Below, in pieces: positions 10,665-23,400 of a DNA stretch of 64,000 nucleotides. The stretch lies in assembly GCA_951406725.2 (NCBI GenBank), contig OX597817.1:33294001-33358000 (forward strand), read 5' to 3'. The notes beneath the pieces are model-generated. The model saw only the letters and a program-made list of their open reading frames with translations, did no database searches and was not told the origin of the DNA. The first letter of the stretch is position 1. The number at the start of each line of letters is the position of its first letter. Origin of the DNA: Octopus vulgaris (Eukaryota). The position numbers were made by a program, and so were the translations under genes.

Positions 10665-10985
10665 AGATGGTCGGGACCCCCTTCGGTCATGACATTGACC
10701 TTGGCATTGCACCTAGAAAGTTATCTTCCTAGTCACAAGTCTGGGCAAGGTGGCTTATGGAAGACCAGTAGTCGCCCATGCATACGGCCTCCCCTCTCCA
10801 CGCCACCGTTGTTATCCAAGGGAAGGGCAGCAGCCAATACAGCTTGGCACCCGTGACGTCGCAACTCATTTCTACAGCTGAGTGAACTGGAGCAATGTGA
10901 AATAAAGTGTCTTGCCCGGTCCGGGATTCGAGCTCACAACCTCACGATCGTAAGCTCAACGCTCTAACCACTGAGCCATGCGCCA
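10665..10985 (-). mobile_element. tRNA-derived SINE with S4-type head and a different tail
   Basis: Minus strand reads GGCGCATGGCTCAGTGGTTAG...GCTCGAATCC...CAAGACACTTTATTTCACATTGCTCCAG, then a 3' part unlike that of the 5402 copy. Confidence 0.8.
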
Positions 10986-11899
10986 GCACTACATACGCTT
11001 TTATGTCTTGCGGATCGAAGCAAATAAAAACTGAAACCATAATCAGACAAATCTGTGGAAATAACTACATCTACTACCACAGTTTCATTGAAATACTTTG
11101 CTTTTGTTTCTATTAATTTTCAGAGTAATGAATTTTGGTATATAATTAACACGAACTTTGATGCAAGATCTTTGGATCACTTTAAAACAGGAAGATTTCA
11201 TTATAGAACCAAGTACGGTCTCAGGTAGTTTGGTATCAAAAAAGTTTTTTATATATTAAACGTCACTTGTGACGAAAGAATTGTTGCAAATTTAATAATG
11301 TAGAAATTGAAATGAGCCATGTACAGTAGCATGCAATAAAGAGGTAAATCATTTTTGAGGGAGAATATTTACTTTTTAAAATGTGGCATTCGGGACAACG
11401 TTTCTTTTTTAACATATGAAGCAGTCACTCTAAAAGGGGGGAAAAAAAGCTTAGTTTCATTGATTTATTTGAAGCTAGAACAGAAACTAAACTTTTATTC
11501 TCTTGTTCGATACTGGATTCTATTGTTTGCTAACTAAAGATAGCTAAAGAAAAAAGAATTTAGCGTGCAACAACTACTCCTATTCGATAAAGTCAGTAGA
11601 CCGGATGAAATGAGTTCACGAGCTTGTAAGTTTGTCGGCCGCTCGCTTCAGACTGTAAGAAAAAAATAAATAAAAGCAACAGCTGGGCGAATGGAAAGGT
11701 TGTTCAACTGACGACCAAAGGATCAGCGGTTCGAATCTTGTCAGTGGCTTGCGTCGTGTTTAGCCTCAATACACTTAGTTTTAATAATAATAATAATAAT
11801 AATAGTTGTGTACAGTGCTCAGGTGCACTACAGGTGCTGATGCAGTACACTTAGTTGCAAATATCTGTTATGAGGGGTTGTTTTATTAATATCATGTCC

Positions 11900-12075
11900 A
11901 CGCTAACCTAGCAGATCTGTGCTGAAAGATATATCAGTCGCCACCCCAACCCATTTTTTGAGACAGTGTATTTTGGACTACAGAATCATTTGTAGGACAG
12001 AATGATGTGCTATGAAGAAGATTTGGCTGCTATTTCTAGTCGGTCGAACGAATGCATAGACGCTCCCTCGTTGGA
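11900..12075. repeat. Old dispersed repeat with core GATTTGGCTGCTATTTCTAG
   Basis: The core recurs at ~8810, 16310, 17765, 24315, 31735, 38035 and 56610, and in reverse at ~25965 and ~33685. Class not determined. Confidence 0.65.
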
Positions 12076-12949
12076 TGGTACCATTAGAGGGGAAAGCCCA
12101 GTGTTGTAGTCAGCATGAGTATTGTTTTACTTGTGGTAAGCTAATTAAACAGAGCTTAGATCCTCTCATTGGTTTTTCGCCTGGAAAGAGCGTGATTCAT
12201 CCTCGATATATATACTATATAACGACTAAAATTTTTCAGAGATGTCCCGCTTACTTATGGAACTCACCAACAATATTGTAACATTTATGATGCTAAAAGT
12301 ACATCCACCCCCACTAATGACTCATGGGTGTCATTCGCTCATAAGCCTTGGGTGGGTATCTCTTGATATGAAAATAAAATATAACAATTAAAACCATCGA
12401 AAGGAAGAGAGTTTCTGTAAAATTTCTTGCGTTTTAATTTACAAGATTATCTGCAAGTAAAATGCCTGGCAACTTCAAGCATTTTTTTTTTAATCGCCTT
12501 ATTTGTAATTTTCTAAAATATAATTAATTTCATGCAGGCAATAGCTAATTTATATAGTAGAAGAATTACAAATGATAAATATCCGATGAATAGCAAACAA
12601 ATTAAATAGATAACCGAAGAGATATTCACGAAATATTTACATTTTCCTATTATTTTAATTTAATGGATATTTTTAGCCTCGTGTAACATTTCAACAAATA
12701 CCAGCCATATTTTCTACATTATTTCTAGTAAAAGCAAAATGCAAAAATAAAAAAGGATTTCGCAAAAACTTAAAACACAATATAAAAACAGTACAATGTA
12801 AAAATAAATAAATAAAATGACTGTTGCAAGGAAAAGCAAATATATACTAAATAGAATTTTGTTTTGTATAATGGATGCGTCAAAATAAATCAAAATCATT
12901 GTTAATTATATCTGTGATGTGGTAAAAATTATTTATTTGATATTTGCTA

Positions 12950-13140
12950 CTGAAAAAAGAAAAAAAAAAAAAAAGTCGGTAGCGGGGGTTCCGATCCTGC
13001 GGGCGTGTCAAAATAAAATATGTAAGTAATTGTGGATTTTGGTAGTGGGAGGTCACTAACTACTAAGCAACAAGTGGCACTAGCAAACCAGCAACTTCTT
13101 TTGACAGTTGCGTGGTGTTCTACACCACACGTTGCTTGAC
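12950..13140 (+). promoter_or_regulatory. Probable promoter / TSS region of a large + strand gene
   Basis: Repeat-free, CpG-retaining stretch. A poly(dA) tract is followed by GC-rich GTCGGTAGCGGGGGTTCCGATCCTGCGGGCGTGTC (GC-box-like GGGCGTG). It lies ~3 kb upstream of the onset of CpG depletion. Confidence 0.5.
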
Positions 13141-13415
13141 AACATTTACTCATCCTCTATTTGTCTATCCCCTTTTGCATTTTTCTTTCTTTCTTTCACC
13201 CTCTTCCTTCTTTTTACGTAGCTGCACTTTGCCAGATGTTTGAAAATTCCAAGACAGACTGACAGTAGCTTGTAGAGCAGAGAGTAAATAAGGAGCAAGA
13301 CCGCTTGTTCTTGCTTCTACACACTTATTTTCTCTCTGAACATCAGAAACTAGTGGAGAAGTCCGTTTTAGTAGTTTGCACTCCACAAATAGTCCCGGGA
13401 ACTTGCATGTACTGA
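13100..13415 (+). other. Probable non-coding first exon (5' UTR), start uncertain
   Basis: Ends at a consensus donor ACTGA|GTAAGT (GT at 13416) followed by a very T-rich intron-like sequence. No long ORF. Confidence 0.45.
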
Positions 13416-16400
13416 GTAAGTGATTCATTTATCGATTAATTTCTTTCTTTTTTCGTTCTTTTTAATTTTTTTTTTTAATTTTGCATTTAAAACAAATTAT
13501 CACTAAGTTTAATTTTCCTTTGAATTAATTTATTTACACTTTCTGTTTTCTTGTTTTTTTGTAACTTCGAAGTTTAAACACCGAAAACATGATCTTTAAA
13601 CTATACTTTGCGCGCCACTTGTCCATTTTTTTCGCAACACAATCCCGTCAGATTTAAAATAAGCACAGATGACTCACATCTTCAACATGAAAAAAGAAAA
13701 AAAAGATAGAATCAATACGCTGCATTTAATATTATCTGGACATTATATTTTTATTCAGTCCCACATTACTATTATTTATATTAAAAACCGCAAATTCTTT
13801 TTTGCTATTCGCGTATAAACAATATAATAATCACCACTCCGAATATTCAGATATACCTAGAAATGCAAATGTTTGTCAACATGAATACCTGGACTCGGAT
13901 TTGATGCATTTGATCGGGCTTCGGAGTAGACGCTTCTTTATAATTTTTTCTTTTCTTACTATTTCCATTGAAGAAAAAAAAGTAACTGCCAATCATGTAC
14001 GCGGCGGTTGGTGGTGGATTCTATTTAATCAATTATAAGATATATTTTCTTCTACAAAAATTACTTCAAAAAGAAACCGATGTTATCTACACAAACTGTT
14101 GTTCGGCAATTAAATTATTATTTGATGTAATTACATACAACAGAGTAGCCGAAACTTCTACGGACTGATTGTAGTGTTTGTTATAGCAATTTTCTTTTAA
14201 AAAAAAGTTAAACAGTCTTGTAAAAAGTGCTTAGAATGCAGGAACTGGACTGAAAATATAACGCGTTTGGTAAATCCATGTAAACAAATATAAAGCCGGT
14301 TCTAGAGTATCATATATACAGTTAGTTAACGCGATGAAACATGTCAATCCCGATTGATTATTTGAAGCGAGTTTAGCCTTCTTATTCTTTTCAACAAAAG
14401 ATGAAAAGCCGTAATAATAATTTTCATTTGTTGTTTATTATATTTTCTATTGTACAATTGCATATTTTATTTGTCTTTTAATATAACTGTGTTTTGACAC
14501 TATCATCACTATTGCCATCATATTCGACTGGCGCTACCCAATATTGAGTTGTCTCCGTCAAATAATACAAATACTTAAATCCTGTCGATCCTTGTTTTCC
14601 TACAAATAATAATGGGCGTTGCCCATGTTTTTACTTGAGCGAAAGAGGGAGAGAGAGAGAGAAATTCGAAGCAAGAGAATGAACGGGGAAAGGAAAAAAA
14701 TAATAAATGAATAAAATAAATTGTAGTATCAGCAGCGTAATGTACTTATTTACAAGTTGATTAGGATACTGCTAGTAGTAGTAGTAGTAGTAGTTAGACG
14801 GGAGCTTGAGCCATAAGTTAATGCCGGCAAAAAGAATAAAGGGGAGGCTTTAAATTACGTTTAGGGGACACAGTAAAAATAAATGATAGGAATAAACAGC
14901 AACTAGCTTCCACTTAGGACACTTGAAGTTCTAAACATTTCACTATCGATTTTTAAAAACGCTTCTCTAAAGTTCGTTGCCTGCAGGCGTTTGCATGCAA
15001 AAGGAATTCCAATATCATGTAGAATAAAATAAAATGTACTCTAATAGTTGATGCTGTACGATTCTACAAGCGATACAAAAAAAAATGTACATTTATGGAT
15101 ATACAGCAAATTTTTTTTCTTCTCGTTTTGATATAAGATTTCAAATATCACATAAAGTATGTATGTATATTAGTGTTATTAGATAGCGATATAGCATCAG
15201 TATCTCAACATATGCCAGCACATATATTGGTATGGGAGGGTGTGTGTGTGTTCTGGTGGTTTAAGTTATGCATATGTGTTGCTTGCGTCTGTGTGCAGAA
15301 AGATGCATGTCTACTGGTGATGTGGAAGTCTGCAGGTATGAATTGGCACATACGGTAAAATATATTTTGCATACATGAAATGTGGTTGGATCATGTACTA
15401 TGTTTATTGCAGGGTTGAATTATGTGTTGGTGTTCGTGCATTTAGTTTAAGCTGCTCTGCATTTCTTCATGTGCAACATTCACCTGTGGAAATTTATACA
15501 ATAAATATTTATGTAGGTATGCAATGTTTAGCTACATTTCAACCGTCGTAGACAAGACACAAGCTTATAATCAAATGCCGTCCCAGCCATGGCAGTATCG
15601 TTATTTATTTATTTATTCGTCTAGATTAGTAAACTTTGACATCAATATCCAATGTACCCATTTCTAAACCAGTAGGATGTTGTTATTTCTAGCATTTTGA
15701 ATGACTTGTCAGTCGCACCTTTATAGACATGTAGTTACATGTGTTAAAGACGGATAGTTAAGATTCTACATAACCTGTGCAACAATGGTAAATCATCCTG
15801 TAACAAACCATTTCTACACTCCTGGAAGAACTGAGTTCTATAAATCTGTTCTGCAAGCTGTCCATTAATTATGCAGTTCTGTATCAGGCTGCTAGCCGGC
15901 AGACTCGTTAGCACGCCGAACAAAATGCTTAGCGGCATTTCTGCATTTAAAATCCATCGAGATCGACTTCACCTTTCACCCTTTGGGATCGATAAAATAA
16001 GTAACAGTCGATCACTGAAATTGATCTAATCGACTAGCTTCCTACACCAAAATTTCAGGCCTTGTGCCTAAAGTACAGGGGTTAATTATGTAGTTTTCTT
16101 ACTGCTTGTAACAATGTAGTACTGAATGTAGTTAGGTGGAATGGACCAGTGGGAATTAAGTCTGTTGACCATTCATACAGCTACTTGATCAAAGGTGTAC
16201 TGGCATTGATTACACCATATTTATCCAGATTCTGGATATTAAGGATTACATTATGTAATGTGTTTCTTTATTATTTTTACAGCAGTAGAGTATACAGTTT
16301 GAAGGAAATTTGGCTGCTATTTCTAGCTGAGCGATCGACCATGCAGAGACTTTCCTGTGGTTGTAGTTTAGAAGTTTGCTTTGTGACCAGGTGATGCTTA

Positions 16401-16974
16401 GATTCCATCATATGGTACCTTGAAATTCCACAGAAGTCAACTTTGCCTTTCATTCTTTCAGGGTCAATAAAATAAATACCAGTTGAGCCCTCCCTTGAAA
16501 TTGCTGGCTTTGTGCCAAAATTTACAACCATCATGTGGTATTTTGGGCAAAATGTCTCTACTGTGGCCTCAGATCAGCTAAAATTTTGTAAGCAAAATTT
16601 GTTGAATGTATGTTACTCCTTGACTTTTCACCACAGGATCTAAACATATTTATGATTTAATCAACCATAACCTACGTCTTTGTTCATAGAAGTTTGCATT
16701 TAGATCTCATTTTAAATGCTAGCTTTTGTACACAAAGAAAGTATAAAGGTGAAAGTGTTACTATGTGGTTAAGAAGCTTGCTTTCCATGTGCAATACTTT
16801 GAGTAAGTGTCTTCTATTATAGCCCTGGGTTGATCAAAACCCTGTGTGAAGTCTGTTGGTTATGTGTGTGCACCCTTGTCTCGATGTCATGTAATGGTTG
16901 TATGACCTCTGTGCGGTCATTTGTCCTGCAAGAAATGATAGTGAAATCTCCCTCAAATCACCATCATATAAACT

Positions 16975-17282
16975 GGTGGTTCTCAACCACTTTTTTTCTA
17001 TGGACCACTTTGATTACTATTTTACTCTGGTGGACCCCTATTGCCATTCAATGTCTAAAAACTAGTTCTATGGAGACTTCTTTCAAAATTCCTACTTTAT
17101 TTATTACATATTCACTTGTATAGGCAGAGCTGTGTAGAACATCAGAGAAAGAAGCCTGTTTCTTGCAATAAATACATCTAAAACATTTTCTCAAGGATCC
17201 AATTTACTATTTTTGCTTGTGTGGACCCTCCAAAATCTCATATGGACCTCAAGGTGTCATGGGCTCTAGTTGAGAACCACTG
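16975..17282. mobile_element. hAT-type MITE
   Basis: TIRs GTGGTTCTCAAC / GTTGAGAACCAC with internal repeated TGGACC motifs. Confidence 0.75.
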
Positions 17283-17329
17283 GTATATCATCTTTCATAA
17301 ACATGTCTGGCCATAGGAAAATATTTATA

Positions 17330-17492
17330 GGCGTAGGAGTGGCTGTGTGGTAAGTAGCTTGCTTACAAACCACATGGTTCTGGATTCAGTCCCACTGCAT
17401 GGCACCTTGGGCAAGTGTCTTCTACTATAGCCTCGGGCCGACCAAAGCCTTGTGAGTGGATTTGGTTAACGGAAACTGAAAGAAGCCCGTCG

Positions 17493-17523
<31 letters not shown>

Positions 17524-17735
17524 TTGTATATGTTTGTGTGTCTGTGTTTGTTCCCCCAACATCGCTTGATAACCGATGCTGGTGTGTTTACGTCCCCGTC
17601 AATTAGCAGTTCAGCAAAAGAGACTGATAGAATAAGTACTAGGCCTACAAAGAATAAGTCCTGAGGTCGATTTTCTCGACTAAAAGGCAGTGCTCCAGCA
17701 TGGCCACAGTCAAATTACTGAAACAAGTAAAAGAG
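17330..17735 (+). mobile_element. SINE S1, full length
   Basis: tRNA-like head GGCGTAGGAGTGGCTGTGTGGTAAG, internal TA/TG microsatellite, S1 tail. Confidence 0.93.
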
Positions 17736-18119
17736 CATTATTATCTAATGTGTGTTGAGGTCGATTTGGTTGCTATTTCTTGGAGCCCAAGCAGTTACCT
17801 AGAGGCTCCTTCATTGACTCTTAGTTGAAGGGTGTGGCATCTAACCACACATTCTTTTCTCTGCAATATATGATCTCATCCCATTTATATTTAGTTTGTA
17901 GACAGTGTGACCAAACATGACTTGTATTACAATAAAAACTAGAATAATTGTGGTTGGACTAATTTGGAATTGATCTTAGTTTATAAACAAAACTTTTCAT
18001 AGATTAGTGGTCTGGTAGGTTAATCGATTATTTTATATCTGCCTAATTTAAACTCATAGCAATCACAGTTCATATCATTATATATATGTTTTTCTATGTT
18101 TGCATGTGTTGGACGTGTC

Positions 18120-18590
18120 TTTGTTTTCTCCACCATAGCTTCCTGCTATCTATTGCAGTTTCTTGTCCTCTCCACTTCTTCCCACATCTTTCTTGGTCTT
18201 CTTCTTCCACAAACTCCTTCCACTTGGAAGTTCTCATCCTTCATACACATCACATCTGTACCAATACAGTCTTCTTTCTTGTACTCTACTACTGAGTCCT
18301 CTTTCATCCAAAGCTCATTTGTACTCCATTGTTCCTGCACAGCAACGTTACACATCCAGCAGATGATGCTCACATCATTTATTTCCAGCCCTTTTATATC
18401 ACCCACTTTCGGTGTCTCTACTTTGCTGCCATGCAGTATAGTATTTTGTACACAGGCATCAAATAATCAACCCTTCACTCAGAAAGGGAGTCCTTTTGTT
18501 GCCAGAGGAGATAATATCTCCCTGAACTTTTTCTACCCTGTTCTTATTCTATGCTTTTTTGAACACCCACTACTTCTGCTAAGTAGGTTA
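18120..18590 (-). mobile_element. Decayed RTE LINE ORF C-terminal region
   Basis: Minus-strand remnants DACVQNTILHGS..., WMCNV and VEGVCGRRRPRKMWEEV, homologous to 27157-27446. Confidence 0.75.
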
Positions 18591-18943
18591 CCTAGGTAAA
18601 AAGCTGTCAATTCCAGGGGTCCTTGTAGGCAGTTGATAACTCTTCCTGGGCAACTTTTACATGGAAAGTAACTTTTTTAGAAGCAGAATGGTTAAGTGTG
18701 CAAATACCATATCTTTGATTTTGAGACCAAATCTATTTCAAGTATTACACTGCATATTCACGTATCATCTATAACTACAAATGGAATGAGGTCATATATT
18801 GCAAAAAAGAGACTGTGTGACTGGATGCCACACCCTTTCAGCCTAGAGCCAATGAGAGAGTCTTTCCAGGTGGTTGCTTGACTTATATAGCATAAAATCA
18901 AAATTTCTGGAATAGTTACTGAGAAAGTTATTAGCAATTGACT

Positions 18944-19330
18944 TCATCATCGTTTAACGTCTGTTTTCCGTGCTAGTATGGGTTGGGTGGTTCGACCGGG
19001 GTCTGGGAAGCCAGGAGGCTGCACCAGACTCCAGTCTGATCTGGCAGTGTTTCTACAGCTTGATGCCCTTCCTAATGCCAACCACTCCGTGAGTGTAGTG
19101 GGTGCTTTTTACGTGCCAGAGGGGAACTGGTAGCGGCCATGATCAGTTGGTGCTTTTTACGTGCCACCAGCACAGAAGCCACTCAAGGTGGCTCTGGCAT
19201 CAGCCACGTTCGGATGGTGCTTTTTACGTGCCACCGGCATAGGTATCACAACTACAATTTCCATTTGATATTTATTTTGATGTTGATGTACTTGACTCTA
19301 TAGGTCTCCTCAAGCACAGCAGGTCACCCT
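18944..19330 (-). mobile_element. RTE LINE 3' UTR/tail fragment
   Basis: Reverse complement of the 3' UTR at 27540-28005, with a (GAT)n tail. Confidence 0.85.
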
Positions 19331-20407
19331 ATATGAGATATTTATCTATCATTTACAGATAAGCAATGGCCCTTAAGATTTGACCTCTGCTGTTATGGTG
19401 CACACCATAAAGCTGAACTTTTGGCTAAGCCCACAAACTGATTTTCTTTCTTGGTTGATGTCATATATTTCATAACTCTTATACTAAGTCTTTAGGGAAA
19501 GAGATAAACATCACAAATTCTCCTTTCTCCTGCAAATCCTGAAGCCTTGCTCATGTGCATGAGATCAATACTCATTCTGCCGGCATGCACAATCAATACT
19601 CTTTGTACTAACATGTGAAATCAATACTCTTTCTCTTGTACTTATGTAGGCAGTTGATACTCCTTTCTTTCCTATATTAGTAGTACTGATTAGAGGGTAC
19701 CAGCTATGTATTTACCAGTGGGCTTGTCATTAGTAAAAAAACTACAGGAAACACAATTTGTATTACAAATTATATAGTTGTGGATGAGTGTGTAACTGAA
19801 TTGTCTGGTACATTTATCAATGAAAATAGCCTTCTGTATTTTGTGAGTTTTGTGATTCTTCATGCGATATGTTTTTACTGTATATTACCCGGGGTGCTGA
19901 CTTGGCTCTCCATGTCAGTGTATGTTAACAATCAATACTCTTTTTCCTGTTCCTATGCTAGCAATCCATATTCCTTTCCTTATGCTTTTGTTAACAATTA
20001 ATACTCCTTGTTGTGAAGGTATTATAGAGAAATACAGAACTGATAGTGTGCATGTACTCGTCTTCTGATATATATATATATATATATATATGTATATGTG
20101 TGTGCATGTGCAGATGCTCAAGATACATGGAAGAACAATCAATGATATACAGATTACGGATTGATAAGTGGAAGTTCACCTTAACTTAGGGCAATCAGAA
20201 TCATTTGCTGTACATGTTGTATTGAACATTAGGCAATCCATTCTATTGTATCTGATATATAAATATTGTTGAACTGTTATTTTGATATAATCTTTGTATA
20301 TTATTTGCCATTTAACAATGGTGCTGCAGGCTGGATCAGAATTGGTGTTGACTCAGTTTGACTTTGTTGAAGCATAGTTAACCCTTTCATTGTTGAAGCA
20401 TAGTTAA

Positions 20408-20628
20408 CCCTTTCATTACTGTATTTATTTTGAGATGCTCTGTGTTTCTTTCAATTAATTTTAAATATAACAAAGAATTTAATAAAATAACTTGGATATC
20501 ATTCAGCTAGTGTTAGGAACATAAATTGTGGCTAAGGTTTGGTGAAAGATTTTAATTCAAAACTTATGAAAACAAGACATTTGTACTTACAGGCAGAGCC
20601 GGTTTCAGCTGGGTTGGTAACTAAAGGA
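20408..20628. mobile_element. piggyBac-type MITE
   Basis: TTAA|CCCTTTC...AAAGGA|TTAA. Second copy at 24960-25168. Confidence 0.85.
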
Positions 20629-21103
20629 TTAAGATGATTTGCAGTTGTCCTAAAAGTAAATAAATTAAAGATTAGTGATGAATGCAGTGGTCTGAAGGTT
20701 TATATGTTATCAAAGGTTGGTAGTGAGGCTATCACTAATGGTTCAACTGAAGTGTCAAGAGAACATGTAGTCCAGCAAAATATGGAAGATGAAAATAAAC
20801 CATAGATTATGTTTTATATACATACATACCCGGCCCTATTTCCCATTTTTTTAGGAGGGACTAGCCACAACAAGACACACACCAGGCATTCCGTTCATTT
20901 TCCAGCTCAAAGAGGTGAGCTCTGTCCTATGCTTGAGTCAAGGCATAGAACACAACCCCTGATATCAGCAGCGGGGCCTGACAGTGTAGTGTGTAACCAT
21001 TTTCAAATAGTACCGCCAATTTGTGGTAGCTGGCAATATGGTGTAATGTCATATTGCCGAAGAAATATGATTGTCGTTTTTCCATTGGTTGAAATAACTG
21101 CTC

Positions 21104-21378
21104 ATATAGGAATTCTGAAAATTAGTTAAAGAATATTTTTATGTGATTTCAATTCTTTAAAGTCAAGTTTAGCAGTTATAAAAACCCCGGATTTTTCATA
21201 GACATGGCATAAAAAATAACCAATGTCTCAAAGGAGTGAGTGTTGTGGAGTTTAGTTACATCCCACAAACACTAAAGTTTTCCCCCAAAATCCAGGGTTT
21301 TTATAACTGCTCAACTTGATTTTAAAGAATTGAAATCACATAAAAATATTCTTTAACTAATTTTCAGAATTCCTATAT
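21104..21378. repeat. Foldback/MITE-like inverted repeat, ~92-bp arms and ~91-bp spacer
   Basis: 21104-21195 is the near-perfect reverse complement of 21287-21378. Confidence 0.85.
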
Positions 21379-21715
21379 CCCGTGTCGCCTAACTGGCACT
21401 TGTGCTGGTAGCATGAGATAAAACATTCGAGCGAGGTCATTGTCAGTACCGCTGGATTGGCACCTGTGCAGGTGGAACATAAAAAGCACCATTTGAGTGT
21501 GGCCGTTGCCAGTACCACCTGACTGGCCCTCGTGCCGGTGGCACATAAAACCATCCACTACACTCTTGGAGTGGTTGGCGTTAGGAAGGGCATCCAGCTT
21601 TAGAAACTCTGCCAGATCAGATTGGACTCTGGTGCAGCCATCTGGTTTGCCAGACCTCAGTCAAATCGTCCAACCCATGCTAGCATGGAAAGCGGACGTT
21701 AAATGATGATGATGA
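21379..21715 (+). mobile_element. RTE LINE 3' UTR/tail fragment
   Basis: GGTGGCAC.TAAAA repeat units, TGGTTGGCGTTAGGAAGGGCATCCAGC and a (GAT)n tail. Confidence 0.88.
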
Positions 21716-21899
21716 GTATTCCTACTTAGATCTAACATTAGATCAATTGAATTGATCTTAAACTCAAGCAAAATACTGTTTAGTTCTGATATGACGTATA
21801 TGAAGGGAAATTCCATAACTATTTCATGTGTTATTTTATTTGTCAGCCCATTTACTGTTTTATCCTCATGAATTATTTACGTCACAACATTTTTACTGA

Positions 21900-22170
21900 T
21901 GCTGACAATCAGTATTCCTTTCCTTATGCTTCTATTAGCAATCAATCCTTCCTTACCTTGTGCCTATGTCAGCAATCAATCCTTCTTTACCTTGTGCCTC
22001 TATTAGCAATCAATACTTCCTACCTCATCAGTACACTTCTCTTTGTGCCTGTGTTAGTCATCAATACGCATCTTTTCATATCTATGTTAGCCATCAATAC
22101 ACTTTTCCTTGTGCCTCTGTTAACAATTAATATTTCTTACCTTGTGCCTATGTTAGCAATCAATACGCCT
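21900..22170. repeat. Degenerate ~33-34-bp minisatellite (AGCAATCAATAC...CTTGTGCCTATGTT)
   Basis: About 8 tandem units. Related units at ~19560-19680 and ~19920-20010. Confidence 0.8.
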
Positions 22171-22865
22171 TGTATCGATATAATCAATCAGTAACCAGGC
22201 AAATATTGTGGTAAGTTGATTATCACATAGAACTTATTTATTCAGCTTTATACCACTGGGGGAAGCACTTGTAAAATCGTTCCTTCCTTCTTTTCTCTGT
22301 GTTATAAATTTGAAGATTCATGTAAGTAACAGTTCTTTAATTTTAAACTACAAATATACTAAACTCATCTTTTTCATCGTCATTGTTTCAGCATTTTCTT
22401 TTCTGTTATAGATTGATTAGATCTGCTGTATCGCATCTCTGTCTGTGTCTCCCCTTTCTCAGATACTTCTATGTATGTTTGTTGTTACTGTTGCGCTATC
22501 TGGTCAGCTCTTAAATAGCTGATCACAACTAAGCATTCAATTAGCTTTTTTTTGATATAACAATCTTATCTGTACTTATTGCTTGTATGTAATATTTTAA
22601 GAGATTTTGTTGCTTATTGACATGTCAAGAATTCATATTCAAACAGATTCACATTCACCCAGATTTCTTATACAGTAAAATAACAATTTAATTAAGTCAT
22701 TTGAAGACACAGGCATGGCTGGTTGGTTATGAATTTCACTTTGCAATCATACAGTTTCAAATTCAGTCTCATTGTGTGGAAGCTTGGGCAAATGTTTTCT
22801 ACTGCAAGCCCAGGACTGATCAATACCTTGTCAATGAATTTGAAAGGCAGAAACTGAACAAAACA

Positions 22866-23400
22866 CATCATCCTCATCATCAATTAACGTCTGTTTTCCA
22901 TGCTGGCATGGGTTGGACGGTTTGACTGAGGTTTGGCGAGCCAGTAGCTGCACCAGGCTCCATTCTGATCTGGCAATGTTTCTACAGCTGGATGCCCTTC
23001 CTAATGCCAACCACTCTGAGAGTTTAGTGGATTCTTTTTACATGCCACAAGCACAGGAGCCAGTCAGGCGGACCTGGCATCGATTATGTTCAGATAGTGC
23101 TTTTTACATGCCACTGGTATGGGGGCCAGTCAGGGGTTATTGGTATCAGCCACATTTGGATGGTGCTTTTTATGTCACCAGCTTTGGAGGCAGTCTGGCA
23201 GACCTGGCAGTTACCACGTTTGGATGGTGCTTTTTATGTGCCACCAGCATGGGAGCCATTCTTGGAGGTACTGGCATCGGCCATGTTCAGTTGGTGCTTT
23301 TTTACATACCACCAGCATAGGAGCCAGTCAGGGGGAATTGGCCACAGCTACAATATTAGTTTTACTTGACTCAACAGGTCTTCTCAAGCATATCGTATTG
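22866..23400 (-). mobile_element. RTE LINE 3' UTR/tail fragment with ~5 internal tandem units
   Basis: Repeated GGTGCTTTTTA(C/T)(A/G)T.CCAC about every 58-66 bp. Confidence 0.85.

Noticed and set aside
11680-11760. tRNA-like sequence with B-box GGTTCGAATC (also all SINE heads)
   Set aside because: No complete cloverleaf; best explained as SINE heads or pseudogenes.
22990-23340. Motif-spacer periodicity resembling a CRISPR array
   Set aside because: The spacers are homologous to each other, the unit is part of an RTE 3' UTR, the DNA is eukaryotic and no cas genes are present.
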